64,000 nt of DNA from contig VXSK01000030.1 in NCBI GenBank assembly GCA_009838035.1, forward strand, positions 8,683 through 72,682, given 5' to 3'. How positions within the stretch are numbered: the first letter of the stretch is position 1; each line of letters opens with the position of its first letter. This stretch comes from Gammaproteobacteria bacterium. GTDB lineage: Bacteria > Pseudomonadota > Gammaproteobacteria > Steroidobacterales > Foliamicaceae. A program made the position numbers and the translations under genes. The notes below the pieces were generated by a model. That model searched no databases. It had not been told where the DNA came from and worked only from the letters and a program-made list of their open reading frames with translations. Shown here piece after piece: positions 48,925 through 58,335 of this stretch.

Positions 48925-51780
48925 TCAGGCAGCGTCCCGTTTACGCACGGCCGGTGGGTGGCGGCGCAGCATTCCGGCTAGGTAGCGGCCGGTGTGAGAG
49001 CGCTTGACGCGCGCCACTTCTTCCGGCGGCCCCGCCGCCAGTAAATCGCCGCCCGCTTCTCCGCCTTCCGGCCCCAGGTCGATGATCCAGTCCGCAGTCT
49101 TGATGACGTCCAGGTTGTGCTCGATTACCACGACCGTATTGCCGCCGTCGCGCAGCCGGTGCAGCACGGTCAGGAGCTGCGCGACATCGTGGAAGTGCAG
49201 TCCGGTCGTCGGCTCGTCGAGCACGTAGAGGGTGCGCCCGGTCGAGCGCTTGGCCAGTTCCCGGGACAGTTTCACGCGCTGCGCTTCGCCGCCGGACAGG
49301 GTCGTGGCGCTCTGGCCCAGCCGGATGTAGCCCAGCCCCACGTCCAGCAGCGTCGCCAGCTTCTGCGCCACCTTGGGCACGTTGGCGAACACGTCGGCCG
49401 CCTGTTCCACGCTCAACTCCAGCACTTCGTGGATGTTCAGTCCGCGGTAGCGGATCTCCAGCGCCTCGCGTCCGTAGCGCCGCCCCTCGCACACGTCGCA
49501 GGGCACGTAGACGTCCGGCAGGAAGTGCATTTCCACCTTGATCAGCCCGCCGCCCTGGCAGGCTTCGCAGCGTCCGCCCTTGACGTTGAAGCTGAAACGG
49601 CCGGGCTTGTAGCCGCGCGCCCGTGCCTCGGGCGTCAGCGCGAACATTTCGCGGATCGGCGTGAACACGCCGGTGTAGGTCGCGGGGTTGGAGCGCGGCG
49701 TGCGCCCGATCGGAGCCTGGCTGATCTCTATCACACGGTCCAGTCGTTCGGTTCCGCGCAGCGCCCTGAACTTCGCACCGGGACAGGGTTTTCGTTCGAT
49801 CGACGCGGTGACGCCGGGCAGCAGCGTTTCGTTCACCAGCGAGGACTTCCCGGAACCGGAGACGCCGGTAATGCAGGTCATCAGGCCCAGCGGCAGCGTT
49901 ATGTCCAACTCCCTCAGGTTGTTCGCGCAGGCGCCCTCGATATGCAGTTCGCGGCCGGATTGGGGCGGCTGGCGCAAGGCGGGTACGGGAATGCTGCGCA
50001 CGCCGCTCAAGTACTGACCGGTCAAGGACGCCGTTTCCCGCTTGATCGCGTCGGGGGGGCCTTCCGCCACCACCTGGCCGCCGTGATCGCCGGCCCCCGG
50101 CCCCAGGTCCACGACGTGATCGGCGCTGCAGATCGCCTCCTCGTCGTGTTCGACCATCAGGACCGTATTGCCGAGATCGCGCAGCCTCGCCAGCGTGGCC
50201 AGCAGGCGCTTGTTGTCGCGCTGGTGCAGGCCGATGCTCGGTTCGTCCAGCACGTACATCACGCCCACCAGCCCCGAGCCGATCTGGCTCGCCAGCCGTA
50301 TGCGTTGCGCTTCGCCGCCGGAAAGGGTCTCGGCGCTACGGTCCAGGTTCAGGTAGCCGAGGCCCACGTCGGCCATGAAACGCAATCTCTCCGCCAGTTC
50401 GCGCACGATGCGCTCGGCGATTTCCTGGCGCCAGCCCTTCAGGCGCAGAGTGGTGAAGAATTTGAGCGCCGTTTCGACGCTCATTGCGCTCAACTCGGCG
50501 ATCGAGCGCTTCGATACCAGCACGTTTCGGGCCGCCTCGTTCAACCGCGCCCCGCCGCAGTCGGGGCAGGGCGTGGAGCCGAGGTAGCGGGACAGTTCCT
50601 CGCGCACCCGCGCCGATTCCGTTTCGCGGTAGCGCCGTTCCATGTTGGGAAGAACGCCCTCGAACGGCCGCGTGCGGGAGAACCGGCGGCCGGTCTGGAA
50701 GCGGAAGGTGAACCTGATCCGGGTCCGTCCGCTGCCGTACAGCACGGCCTGACGGATCTTCGCGGGAAGCGATTCGAAGGGCGCCTCCGGGTCGAACCCG
50801 TAGTGCCGCGCCAGGCTTTCCAGGATGGAGTAGTACCAGACGTTGCGGCGGTCCCAGCCGCGTACGGCGCCACCGGCAAGGCTGAGGTGGGGACGGACGA
50901 CCCTTTCCGGATCGAAGAACCGCTTGGAGCCCAGGCCCGCGCAAGACTCGCAAGCGCCGGCGGGGTTATTGAACGAAAAGAGCCTGGGCTCCATTTCCGG
51001 AATCGCGAAGTCGCACATCGGGCAGGCGAAGCGGCTCGAGAACAGGACGTCCGGCCGCGCCTTGTCATCGATGAAGCCGACCAGGGCGACTCCGCCGGTC
51101 AGGGTCAGCGCGGTCTCGAAGGACTCGGCCAGCCGCTGGCGCAATTCCTCGCGCACCCGCAGCCGGTCCACGACCACTTCGATCGTGTGGTTGCGCCGGA
51201 GATCGAGTTCCGGCGGATCGTCCATTTCGCACACGTCGCCGTCCACGCGGGCGCGAACGAAGCCGCGCGCCACGAGGTCGGCAAACAGCTTGCGGTGTTC
51301 TCCCTTGCGGTTGCGCACCACGGGCGCCATCAGGTTGATGGCCGTGCCCTCGGGGAGCCGGAGCACTTCATCGACCATTTCGCTGATCGTCTGCGCAGCC
51401 AGCTCGCGCTTGTGGACCGGACAGCGCGGCACGCCGGCGCGCGCGAACAAAAGGCGCATGTAGTCGTAGATTTCGGTGACCGTCGCCACGGTCGAGCGCG
51501 GGTTGTGGGAAGCCGAGCGCTGCTCGATGGCGATGGCCGGCGATAGCCCTTCGATGTGATCGACGTCGGGCTTGCTCATGACGCTCAGGAACTGCCGGGC
51601 GTAGGCCGACAGGGATTCCACGTAGCGCCGCTGGCCCTCGGCGTAGATCGTGTCGAATGCCAGCGAGGACTTGCCGGAGCCGGACAGTCCGGTAATCACG
51701 ATCAATCGATCGCGCGGCAGCGACAGGTCGATCCCCTTGAGGTTGTGCGTGCGCGCCGAACGGATGCGGATGTCACTCAT
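48925..51780 (-). CDS. uvrA: excinuclease ABC subunit A
   Basis: ATG at 51780 ([65 protein letters not shown]). Two ABC ATPase modules and zinc-finger Cys clusters; about 951 aa. Confidence 0.97.
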   Translation of the reverse strand: MSDIRIRSARTHNLKGIDLSLPRDRLIVITGLSGSGKSSLAFDTIYAEGQRRYVESLSAYARQFLSVMSKPDVDHIEGLSPAIAIEQRSASHNPRSTVATVTEIYDYMRLLFARAGVPRCPVHKRELAAQTISEMVDEVLRLPEGTAINLMAPVVRNRKGEHRKLFADLVARGFVRARVDGDVCEMDDPPELDLRRNHTIEVVVDRLRVREELRQRLAESFETALTLTGGVALVGFIDDKARPDVLFSSRFACPMCDFAIPEMEPRLFSFNNPAGACESCAGLGSKRFFDPERVVRPHLSLAGGAVRGWDRRNVWYYSILESLARHYGFDPEAPFESLPAKIRQAVLYGSGRTRIRFTFRFQTGRRFSRTRPFEGVLPNMERRYRETESARVREELSRYLGSTPCPDCGGARLNEAARNVLVSKRSIAELSAMSVETALKFFTTLRLKGWRQEIAERIVRELAERLRFMADVGLGYLNLDRSAETLSGGEAQRIRLASQIGSGLVGVMYVLDEPSIGLHQRDNKRLLATLARLRDLGNTVLMVEHDEEAICSADHVVDLGPGAGDHGGQVVAEGPPDAIKRETASLTGQYLSGVRSIPVPALRQPPQSGRELHIEGACANNLRELDITLPLGLMTCITGVSGSGKSSLVNETLLPGVTASIERKPCPGAKFRALRGTERLDRVIEISQAPIGRTPRSNPATYTGVFTPIREMFALTPEARARGYKPGRFSFNVKGGRCEACQGGGLIKVEMHFLPDVYVPCDVCEGRRYGREALEIRYRGLNIHEVLELSVEQAADVFANVPKVAQKLATLLDVGLGYIRLGQSATTLSGGEAQRVKLSRELAKRSTGRTLYVLDEPTTGLHFHDVAQLLTVLHRLRDGGNTVVVIEHNLDVIKTADWIIDLGPEGGEAGGDLLAAGPPEEVARVKRSHTGRYLAGMLRRHPPAVRKRDAA

Positions 51781-52005
51781 GGCAGCCCACCAATATAACC
51801 CTGTCCGGCCGACCGGCGAAACCCGCGGTTTGGAAGGCAAACTTCAGGCAAAGTCCGCGCGTTTGCTCCATTCGCGCGCGCTAGGGCATTTTTCTTCGAA
51901 TGCGCGGCAAATTTCGGCTGCGTTCGCCGCGAGGTTTCCGGCGAGTAATGGCACAATAGTTCAATTCCGCAGCGAGAAACGCGGAATAGCTTGGGAGAGT
52001 GACAA

Positions 52006-52452
52006 ATGCGCGGCGTAAACAAGGTAATACTGGTCGGCAACCTGGGGCACGATGTGGAAGTCCGCCAGATGACCAACGGAAACCCGGTGGCGAACATACG
52101 GATCGCCACGAACGAGCGATGGACCCGGCGGGACACCGGCCAGGTCCAGGAGCATACGGAATGGCACAACGTGGTGCTTTTCGGGCGCCGCGCCGAACTG
52201 GCGCAGCAGTACCTGCAGAAGGGATCGCGGATCTACGTCGAGGGGCGCTTGCGCACGCGCTCCTGGCAGGACCGCGAGGGACAGGAACGGCGCAGCACCG
52301 AAGTCGTGGCCGATGACATGCAGTTCCTCGACCGGCGCGGCGGCGACGGCGACTACGACCAGCGGCGCTCCTCGCAGCCGTCCGGCAACGCCCAGCGAAG
52401 CAACCCCGGAGGCGCGGACTCCGGCGTCATGGACGACGAGGTCCCCTTCTGA
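52006..52452 (+). CDS. ssb: single-stranded DNA-binding protein
   Basis: 148 aa. OB-fold N-terminus [20 protein letters not shown]..., Gly/Pro/Gln-rich linker, acidic tail DDEVPF. Divergent from uvrA, as in E. coli. Confidence 0.95.
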   Translation: MRGVNKVILVGNLGHDVEVRQMTNGNPVANIRIATNERWTRRDTGQVQEHTEWHNVVLFGRRAELAQQYLQKGSRIYVEGRLRTRSWQDREGQERRSTEVVADDMQFLDRRGGDGDYDQRRSSQPSGNAQRSNPGGADSGVMDDEVPF

Positions 52453-52488
52453 ACCCGCCTCTCCCTCCGGGACTCGGCACACCGTGAG

Positions 52489-52644
52489 CCCTACATTTAC
52501 CCCCTTCGTCAGGGAGTGTTGGAGGCAGGGATGCCGGAACCAAGCTCCATGGATGGATTTATGCGTCTCCCGGACGAAGGGGGTAAATGTAGGGCGTGAT
52601 CGAAGCGTCTCCCGGAAGAAGGGGGCAATGAAAGGGCGTGATCA
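52489..52644. repeat. palindromic intergenic element (copy B) plus a 42-bp tandem duplication of its right arm
   Basis: A perfect 22-bp inverted repeat, CCCTACATTTACCCCCTTCGTC (52489-52510) / GACGAAGGGGGTAAATGTAGGG (52573-52594). The right-arm unit 52563-52604 is repeated at 52605-52644 (about 35 of 42 identical), ending at the miaB ATG. Confidence 0.85.
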
Positions 52645-53985
52645 ATGAGCGGCAAACTCTTCATACGGACCTTCGGGTGCCAGATGAACGAGTACGACTC
52701 CGCTCGCATGGCGGACGTGCTGCGCGAAAGCCGCGGGTACACGCTTACCGACAAACCCGAGGAAGCCGACCTCGTACTGATCAACACCTGCTCGGTCCGC
52801 GAGAAACCCCAGGAGAAACTGTTCTCCGAACTCGGCCGCTACAAGGCCCTCAAACGCAAGCGGCCGGAAATGAAGATCGGCGTGGGCGGTTGCGTCGCAA
52901 GCCAGGAAGGCGACGCCATAGGCAAGCGCGCGCCCTACGTGGACATCATTTTCGGACCGCAAACGCTGCACCGGCTGCCCGGCCTGCTTCAGCAGTCGGC
53001 GGACTCTTCCGGACCGGTAGTGGATATCGCATTTCCCGCTGAAGAAAAATTCGCCGAATTACCGGCGCCGAAGACCGCCTCGCCCGTGGCCCACCTGTCG
53101 GTCATGGAGGGCTGTAGCAAGTATTGCTCGTTTTGCGTCGTGCCGTATACGCGCGGCGAGGAGATCTCCAGGCCGGTCGCGGACGTAATGGCCGAGGCGA
53201 TCCAATTGGAGCGCCAGGGCGTGCGCGAAATCAACCTGCTGGGCCAGAACGTCAACGGCTATCGCGGAGTTGCGCCGTCGGGCGGACTCGAGGACCTCGC
53301 CGGGCTGATCCGCTACGTGTCGAAACTGAAGGGCATCGGCAGGTTACGCTTCACGACGTCGCACCCCATGGAATTCGACGGCCGGCTGATCGACGCCTAC
53401 GCTCGCTTCGACAAGCTGCCCTCCTACCTGCACCTGCCGGTGCAGAGCGGCTCGGACAGCGTGCTGGCCCGCATGAAGCGCGGCTACACGGCGGACGAGT
53501 ATCGGGACAAGATCGCCCGGCTGCGGCGCGCCCGCCCCGGAATCAGCGTGGCTTCCGACTTCATCGTGGGCTTTCCCGGCGAGACAGAAGAGGAATTCGC
53601 CGACACGCTGGCGCTGGTCGAGGACATCGGTTTCGACCAGTCCTTCAGCTTCATGTACAGCCCGCGTCCGGGCACGCCCGCCGAACGGATGGAAGAGCAG
53701 GTGCCGCAGGACGTCAAGCTCAGGCGGTTGCAGCGGCTGCAGGCCTTGATTACCGGCCAGGCGCGCCGGATATCCGCGCAAATGGTCAACACTACACAGC
53801 GGATTCTCGTCGAGCGCCCGGCACGCCGCGGCGAAGGCCTGCTGGCGGGACGCACGGGCAACAATCGCTGGGTAAACTTTGACGGGCCGCCCGCGTTGAT
53901 CGGGCGGTTTGTTGACGTTGCGATTACCGAAGCATTGCCGAATTCACTGCGCGGCCGGCTGCTGCCGGAATCCCTTGCGGCCTGA
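52645..53985 (+). CDS. miaB: tRNA-i6A37 methylthiotransferase
   Basis: 446 aa. [19 protein letters not shown]..., radical-SAM [16 protein letters not shown]-terminal TRAM region. Confidence 0.95.
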   Translation: MSGKLFIRTFGCQMNEYDSARMADVLRESRGYTLTDKPEEADLVLINTCSVREKPQEKLFSELGRYKALKRKRPEMKIGVGGCVASQEGDAIGKRAPYVDIIFGPQTLHRLPGLLQQSADSSGPVVDIAFPAEEKFAELPAPKTASPVAHLSVMEGCSKYCSFCVVPYTRGEEISRPVADVMAEAIQLERQGVREINLLGQNVNGYRGVAPSGGLEDLAGLIRYVSKLKGIGRLRFTTSHPMEFDGRLIDAYARFDKLPSYLHLPVQSGSDSVLARMKRGYTADEYRDKIARLRRARPGISVASDFIVGFPGETEEEFADTLALVEDIGFDQSFSFMYSPRPGTPAERMEEQVPQDVKLRRLQRLQALITGQARRISAQMVNTTQRILVERPARRGEGLLAGRTGNNRWVNFDGPPALIGRFVDVAITEALPNSLRGRLLPESLAA

Positions 53986-53999
53986 GGCTTTCCCTCGCC

Positions 54000-55013
54000 C
54001 TGAATAGCCAGGCACACACCAGGGAGGTCGTCCTCCGACCCGCGGACAATGGCGCGCTGGCCAACCTGTGCGGGGAATTCGACAGGCACCTGCGCCAGAT
54101 CGAACAGGGCCTGGACGTGCGGATATCAAGCCGGGGCAACCGGTTCCGCGTGCGCGGCTCTAAACAAGCCATCAGCGCGGGCGCCATGGCGCTGACCGAG
54201 CTGTATCGCATGGCCGCGGAGGAATCGCTGGACGCGGCACGCATCCAGGCCTGCCTGGCGGAATGCGCCGAAGGCGTCGGCAGCGATCCGGCGACCAACG
54301 GCAGCGGCGCCGATGGCGATCTGCCCGGCAGCCGGGACCGCGGCGAGGACGAACAACCGGTGGTCGTCACGCCCCGGATCCGCGTTCGTCCGCGCGGCGC
54401 CAATCAGCGCCGCTACGTGAAGGAGATTCGTTCGCGCGATCTGACCTTTGGCATCGGGCCCGCCGGCACCGGCAAAACCTGGCTGGCGGTGGCCTGCGCG
54501 CTTGAATCGCACAGCGCCGGACACGTGCAGCGCATCGTTCTGGTGCGTCCGGCCGTGGAGGCCGGCGAGCGGCTGGGTTTCCTGCCCGGCGACCTGGCCA
54601 GCAAGGTCGATCCCTACCTGCGGCCGGTTTACGATGCGCTCTACGCGATGCTGGGGCCGGAACGGGTCGCCCGCTGGCTGGAACGCGGCGTGATCGAAGT
54701 GGCGCCGCTGGCCTACATGCGCGGCCGATCGCTCAACAGCAGCTTTGTCATACTGGACGAAGGACAGAACACCACGCCGGAGCAGATGAAGATGTTCCTG
54801 ACCCGGTTCGGCGCCGATTCCCGCGCCGTCGTCACGGGGGACATCACGCAGGTGGACCTGCCCTCCGATCGCGAGAGCGGCATGCGCCACGCGCTGAGGA
54901 TACTCAAGTCCGTCCCGGGTATTGCGACCGTCTATTTCACCGCGCGCGACGTGGTCCGTCACGCTCTGGTGAAGAAAATTCTCGAGGCCTACGGCGCGAC
55001 GGAAAAGTCATGA
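54000..55013 (+). CDS. ybeZ: PhoH-like ATPase (YbeZ)
   Basis: Walker A GPAGTGKT and ILDEGQN. Homology to E. coli YbeZ begins at ...TREVVLRPADN, upstream of the first ATG (54117). The best in-frame candidate start is CTG at 54000 with GAGG 11 nt upstream, so the start is uncertain. Confidence 0.8.
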   Translation: MNSQAHTREVVLRPADNGALANLCGEFDRHLRQIEQGLDVRISSRGNRFRVRGSKQAISAGAMALTELYRMAAEESLDAARIQACLAECAEGVGSDPATNGSGADGDLPGSRDRGEDEQPVVVTPRIRVRPRGANQRRYVKEIRSRDLTFGIGPAGTGKTWLAVACALESHSAGHVQRIVLVRPAVEAGERLGFLPGDLASKVDPYLRPVYDALYAMLGPERVARWLERGVIEVAPLAYMRGRSLNSSFVILDEGQNTTPEQMKMFLTRFGADSRAVVTGDITQVDLPSDRESGMRHALRILKSVPGIATVYFTARDVVRHALVKKILEAYGATEKS

Positions 55014-55462
55014 TTGAGGTTGCGATCCAGGACGCCTCGGACCTTGTACCGGAAGCCGAGCTGTCCGGCGCGGGGATACGGGAACTGGTGCGGAACAGCC
55101 TGACGCACTTCGCGCGCGAGGGCGCGGTGACGGTGCGGCTGGTCGAGGAAGCCGAGAGCCGCGAACTGAACCGGAGGTGGCGCGGCGTCGACCGGCCCAC
55201 CAACGTGCTGGCCTTTCCGTCGGACCGCGAACTGGGCGAAATCGGCGACATCGTGATCTGCATCCCGCTGGTGCGCTCGGAATCCGGCGGCCGCGGCGCC
55301 ACGCCGGCCGCGCACCTGGCCCACCTCGTCGTGCACGGATCGCTGCACCTGGCGGGGCTTGACCACCACGATCCGGAGCAGGCCCGGGCGATGGAAACGC
55401 TCGAATCGGAACTGCTGACGCAGGCCGGATGGCCGGACCCCTGGGCGGTGGAGCGCGAGTGA
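55010..55462 (+). CDS. ybeY: rRNA maturation endoribonuclease YbeY
   Basis: 150 aa. Zn motif HLVVHGSLHLAGLDH. ATGA overlap with ybeZ. Confidence 0.93.
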   Translation: MIEVAIQDASDLVPEAELSGAGIRELVRNSLTHFAREGAVTVRLVEEAESRELNRRWRGVDRPTNVLAFPSDRELGEIGDIVICIPLVRSESGGRGATPAAHLAHLVVHGSLHLAGLDHHDPEQARAMETLESELLTQAGWPDPWAVERE

Positions 55463-56265
55463 GCGGCGCCCGGGAATTCCTGGGGCGGCTTGCAGGACGC
55501 GGGCGGCTCACCCGCGATGGTTTGCTGGGACTGCTGGCGGATCTGGCGGGCGTCAAGGAGATCACGCCGGGCGAGAAGGCGATGATAGAAGGCGTCTTGG
55601 AGGTCTCCCGGCGCGAAGTCCACGAAGTGATGGTGCAGCGTTCCAGCATGGTGGTCCTGCGCCTGGACGACAGCCGCGAGAAGCTCCTGTCCACGATCAT
55701 CAGTTCCGGCCATTCGCGTTTCCCGGTCATCGGCGAGAACCGCGACGAGGTCGTCGGGAGTCTGCTGGCCAAGGACGTGCTGCGCGCCCTTACGGATTCG
55801 CCGGAAGACACGCTGGAAATCAGGCCATTGCTAAGGCCCGTCACGCTGATTCCCGAAACCAAGCGCCTGGACGCCCTGCTGGACGAGTTTCTGCGCGGGC
55901 GCAATCATCTCGCCGTGGTCGTGGACGAATACGGCGGGACCGCCGGGCTACTCACGATTGAAGACGTCCTGGAGCAGATCGTGGGCGAGATCGGCGACGA
56001 ACACGATCCCGAGCAGGCGCCGGAACTGGTGCGGCAGGACGACGGCAGCTTCCTGGTCAGCGCCAAGATGCGCATCGAGGAGTTTGACGAGGAGATCGGC
56101 TCGGAGCTGGATACCGGCGAGTTCGATACGGTGGGCGGGCTGGTCATTCACCGCCTGGGCCGATTGCCCCGGCGTGGCGACTCCGTGGAAGCTGGAGGAT
56201 GGCGCTTCGAGGTCGTCTCAGCCGACCGGCGGAGGGTCAAGCGGCTCCGCGTCAGCCCGATCTGA
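55429..56265 (+). CDS. corC: CorC/HlyC family Mg/Co efflux-associated protein (CBS pair + CorC_HlyC domain)
   Basis: MIEGVLEVSRREVHEVMVQRSSMV..., HSRFPVIGENRDEVVG, AVVVDEYGGTAGLLTIEDVLEQIVGEI. The start is either ATG 55429 or GTG 55459, the latter forming a GTGA overlap with the ybeY stop. Confidence 0.9.
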   Translation: MAGPLGGGARVSGAREFLGRLAGRGRLTRDGLLGLLADLAGVKEITPGEKAMIEGVLEVSRREVHEVMVQRSSMVVLRLDDSREKLLSTIISSGHSRFPVIGENRDEVVGSLLAKDVLRALTDSPEDTLEIRPLLRPVTLIPETKRLDALLDEFLRGRNHLAVVVDEYGGTAGLLTIEDVLEQIVGEIGDEHDPEQAPELVRQDDGSFLVSAKMRIEEFDEEIGSELDTGEFDTVGGLVIHRLGRLPRRGDSVEAGGWRFEVVSADRRRVKRLRVSPI

Positions 56266-56299
56266 GCCGAAAGGGGGCGGCGCGCCCCTGGGAGCGAGA

Positions 56300-56399
56300 G
56301 CACGTCCCTCGCGGCATCCCGCCCTTCCACCCGGGAAACGAGGACGTTCCGTCCTCTAAAAACCTCGGGTGGAAGGGCGGGATGCCGCGAGGGACGTGC
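56300..56399. repeat. perfect 34-bp inverted repeat element (copy C, related to A/B core)
   Basis: GCACGTCCCTCGCGGCATCCCGCCCTTCCACCCG (56300-56333) and its exact reverse complement (56366-56399). The 32-nt spacer itself contains GAGGAC-gttcc-GTCCTC. It lies between the convergent corC and cytochrome c genes. Confidence 0.9.
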
Positions 56400-56407
56400 C
56401 CTCCCTT

Positions 56408-56851
56408 CTAGAGCGTATTCAGGTAGGCGATAAGGGCCCGGCGGAGTTCTTCCCCGGGAAGACCCGCAAAGCTCATGCTCGTGCCGGGAACCATTTCCGC
56501 CGGCCGCTGCAGCCAAAGGTCCAGGTTTTCCTCGCTCCAGACGAATTCCTGGGCCCGCAAGGCATCGGAATAGACCGATCCCTCCGCGCTCGCCACCGGC
56601 CGATCGACGATTCCCGCAAGGTGCGGACCGATCTTATCGCCGGGATCCGCCTCCGTTGCGTGGCACGCCTGACACAGAATGTAAAGGCGTTTGCCCTGCG
56701 CCAGCAGCCGGGGGTCCGGAGTTTCGTCGGCCGCGGCGTCCTGTCGCGCGGGGACATCCTGATCGGCCAGCGACAGGGCGGCGGTTCCGCAGAGCAGGGC
56801 CGCGCACAGAGTGCCTGCCGCGATCGGCCCCGTGTTGCCCGGAATTCTCAT
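56408..56851 (-). CDS. periplasmic monohaem class I cytochrome c (c2-like)
   Basis: 147 aa from the ATG at 56851. Signal peptide, haem motif CQACH, Met-ligand region PGTSMSFAG. The start overlaps the upstream stop (ATGA). The rest of ORF 56408..58033 was rejected. Confidence 0.88.
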   Translation of the reverse strand: MRIPGNTGPIAAGTLCAALLCGTAALSLADQDVPARQDAAADETPDPRLLAQGKRLYILCQACHATEADPGDKIGPHLAGIVDRPVASAEGSVYSDALRAQEFVWSEENLDLWLQRPAEMVPGTSMSFAGLPGEELRRALIAYLNTL

Positions 56852-58335
56852 GCGCGCTGAAGAATTTCGAATGCCGCCCGCTCGCCGCTTTCCAGCGCGG
56901 CCTCCATCCCGAAGTCCATGCGCCGGGTGTGTTCTCCCGCGAAATGCAGGCGGTGGTGCGGCACGATCATTTCCCTGGCGAACCTGGAGATCTGGCCGGG
57001 ACCGAACAAGTGTCGGCACCCCTGTATCAGGGGATTCTTGCGCCAGCCGTACAGGTCCACGAAGCGCATCCTGCCCTTCGTCGAGGGCCGGATCCGGGCG
57101 ATTTCCGATTCGATCAGGGCGAGGGCCTGGTCGTCGGGCATCTGGTCGATCCGCGCTGCGGAAGGGCCGGTGAAAATGACCGAACACCGGTGCGTGTCCT
57201 CTCCGGGCAGCTTGTCCAGCACCACCAGCGTCTGAATGGTTTCGTCGGTGAAAAACGACGGCTCCAGCCCGTCGTCTTCCCAGTACGGTTCCTCCACGAC
57301 CCCCCAGGCGCGCGTCGTGCCGCGGTAGCCCAGCGTCAGCACCGCTTCGGCCTGGCGACCCGAGAATCCCGGCGAAACCGAGATATTGCGCAAGGTCGTG
57401 AACGGCATGGCGGAGACCACGAAATCGGCGCTGTAGCGGCTGCCGTCCAGGCAGCGGATTTCCGCGTCCGACCCGGACATGTCGATTTCCGCGACCACCT
57501 TGCCCAGCCGGACCCGGTCGCCCAGCGCGGCGGCCATCGCTTCCGGCAGTCTCGACGTGCCGCCCTCGATCGTTCTGACCGGAAAGGTTTCCTCGCCTTC
57601 CTCGCGCGTGGCCGCCAGACCGAACGGCGTGTCCGCGGCCTGGGTCTGCGTACGTCCGAAATTCGCGTCGAACAGGGTCCGCGTTCGCTCCTGCATCATG
57701 CCGAGGCTGGAGGTCACGCGGAGATCCAGGGGGACCCCGGCCAGCCGCAGGGCAGCCTCCGAGACGCCGTTGTTCAGGAACAGTTCGCGCATCGAGATGT
57801 CGTAGGCAGCGAATTCGGGGGACAGCCAGTCGTCCAGGTTTATCAGCGGGTTCAGCCGCGACAACAGGCCCATGCCGACCATGAGCGGCGGAAGTTCGCG
57901 CTCGTTGTCGGCCATCCTGTTGACCGGGGAATCGGCCCAGTCCCCGGACCTCACCCAGGTTCCTTCCACGTAGTTGGACATCGGCAGCAGGCTGCGGATG
58001 TCCGGGAGGAGCCTGATGTCGAGCCGGGAGCACAGGTCGATGGCCCGCGCATACGAACGGCCCACCTCGCTGGCGCCGTATTCCGGGCGCGTTTCCACGT
58101 CATCGGCCGTGTGGGCGCGTCCGCCGACGCGGTCCGACCCCTCCAGCAGGATCACGTCGATCCCGAAATCCGAAAGAAGCAGCGCGCAATTGAGCCCGGA
58201 CAGGCCGCCTCCGATCACGACGGCCGTGGTCTTTTCGGCGGCGAATCCGGCCGCGGGCTTCAGCAACGGGTAGGAAAGAGAGAGGGCGGAAAGAGAGAGC
58301 GCTCCCTTGAGGACCTGTCGTCTTTTTACACTCAT
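56848..58335 (-). CDS. Tat-exported flavin-containing amine oxidase family oxidoreductase
   Basis: 495 aa. Twin-arginine signal MSVKRRQVLKGALSLSALS. FAD fold AVVIGGGLSGLNCALLL...LLEGSDRVGGRAHT. The start overlaps the lnt stop (ATGA). Confidence 0.88.
   Translation of the reverse strand: MSVKRRQVLKGALSLSALSLSYPLLKPAAGFAAEKTTAVVIGGGLSGLNCALLLSDFGIDVILLEGSDRVGGRAHTADDVETRPEYGASEVGRSYARAIDLCSRLDIRLLPDIRSLLPMSNYVEGTWVRSGDWADSPVNRMADNERELPPLMVGMGLLSRLNPLINLDDWLSPEFAAYDISMRELFLNNGVSEAALRLAGVPLDLRVTSSLGMMQERTRTLFDANFGRTQTQAADTPFGLAATREEGEETFPVRTIEGGTSRLPEAMAAALGDRVRLGKVVAEIDMSGSDAEIRCLDGSRYSADFVVSAMPFTTLRNISVSPGFSGRQAEAVLTLGYRGTTRAWGVVEEPYWEDDGLEPSFFTDETIQTLVVLDKLPGEDTHRCSVIFTGPSAARIDQMPDDQALALIESEIARIRPSTKGRMRFVDLYGWRKNPLIQGCRHLFGPGQISRFAREMIVPHHRLHFAGEHTRRMDFGMEAALESGERAAFEILQRA

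Noticed and set aside
49117-51546. 809-aa ORF antisense to uvrA. Similar long antisense ORFs occur at 1172-3019, 34097-35892, 20935-22884 and 56656-58467.
   Set aside because: The sense strands encode uvrA, GH3, the SSS transporter, the PKS and the amine oxidase with clear motifs. The antisense translations have no domain signatures.
51781-52005. LexA/SOS box in the divergent uvrA-ssb promoter region
   Set aside because: No CTGT-n8-ACAG or other convincing palindrome of the known LexA types was found. There is only a 7-bp inverted repeat, ATTCCGC-n10-GCGGAAT (51964-51987), just upstream of the ssb RBS, which is too short to interpret.
52563-52644. Possible CRISPR array (direct repeats of about 42 bp)
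   Set aside because: There are only two imperfect copies, directly adjacent with no spacers, and no cas genes. It is a tandem duplication of a palindromic-element arm.
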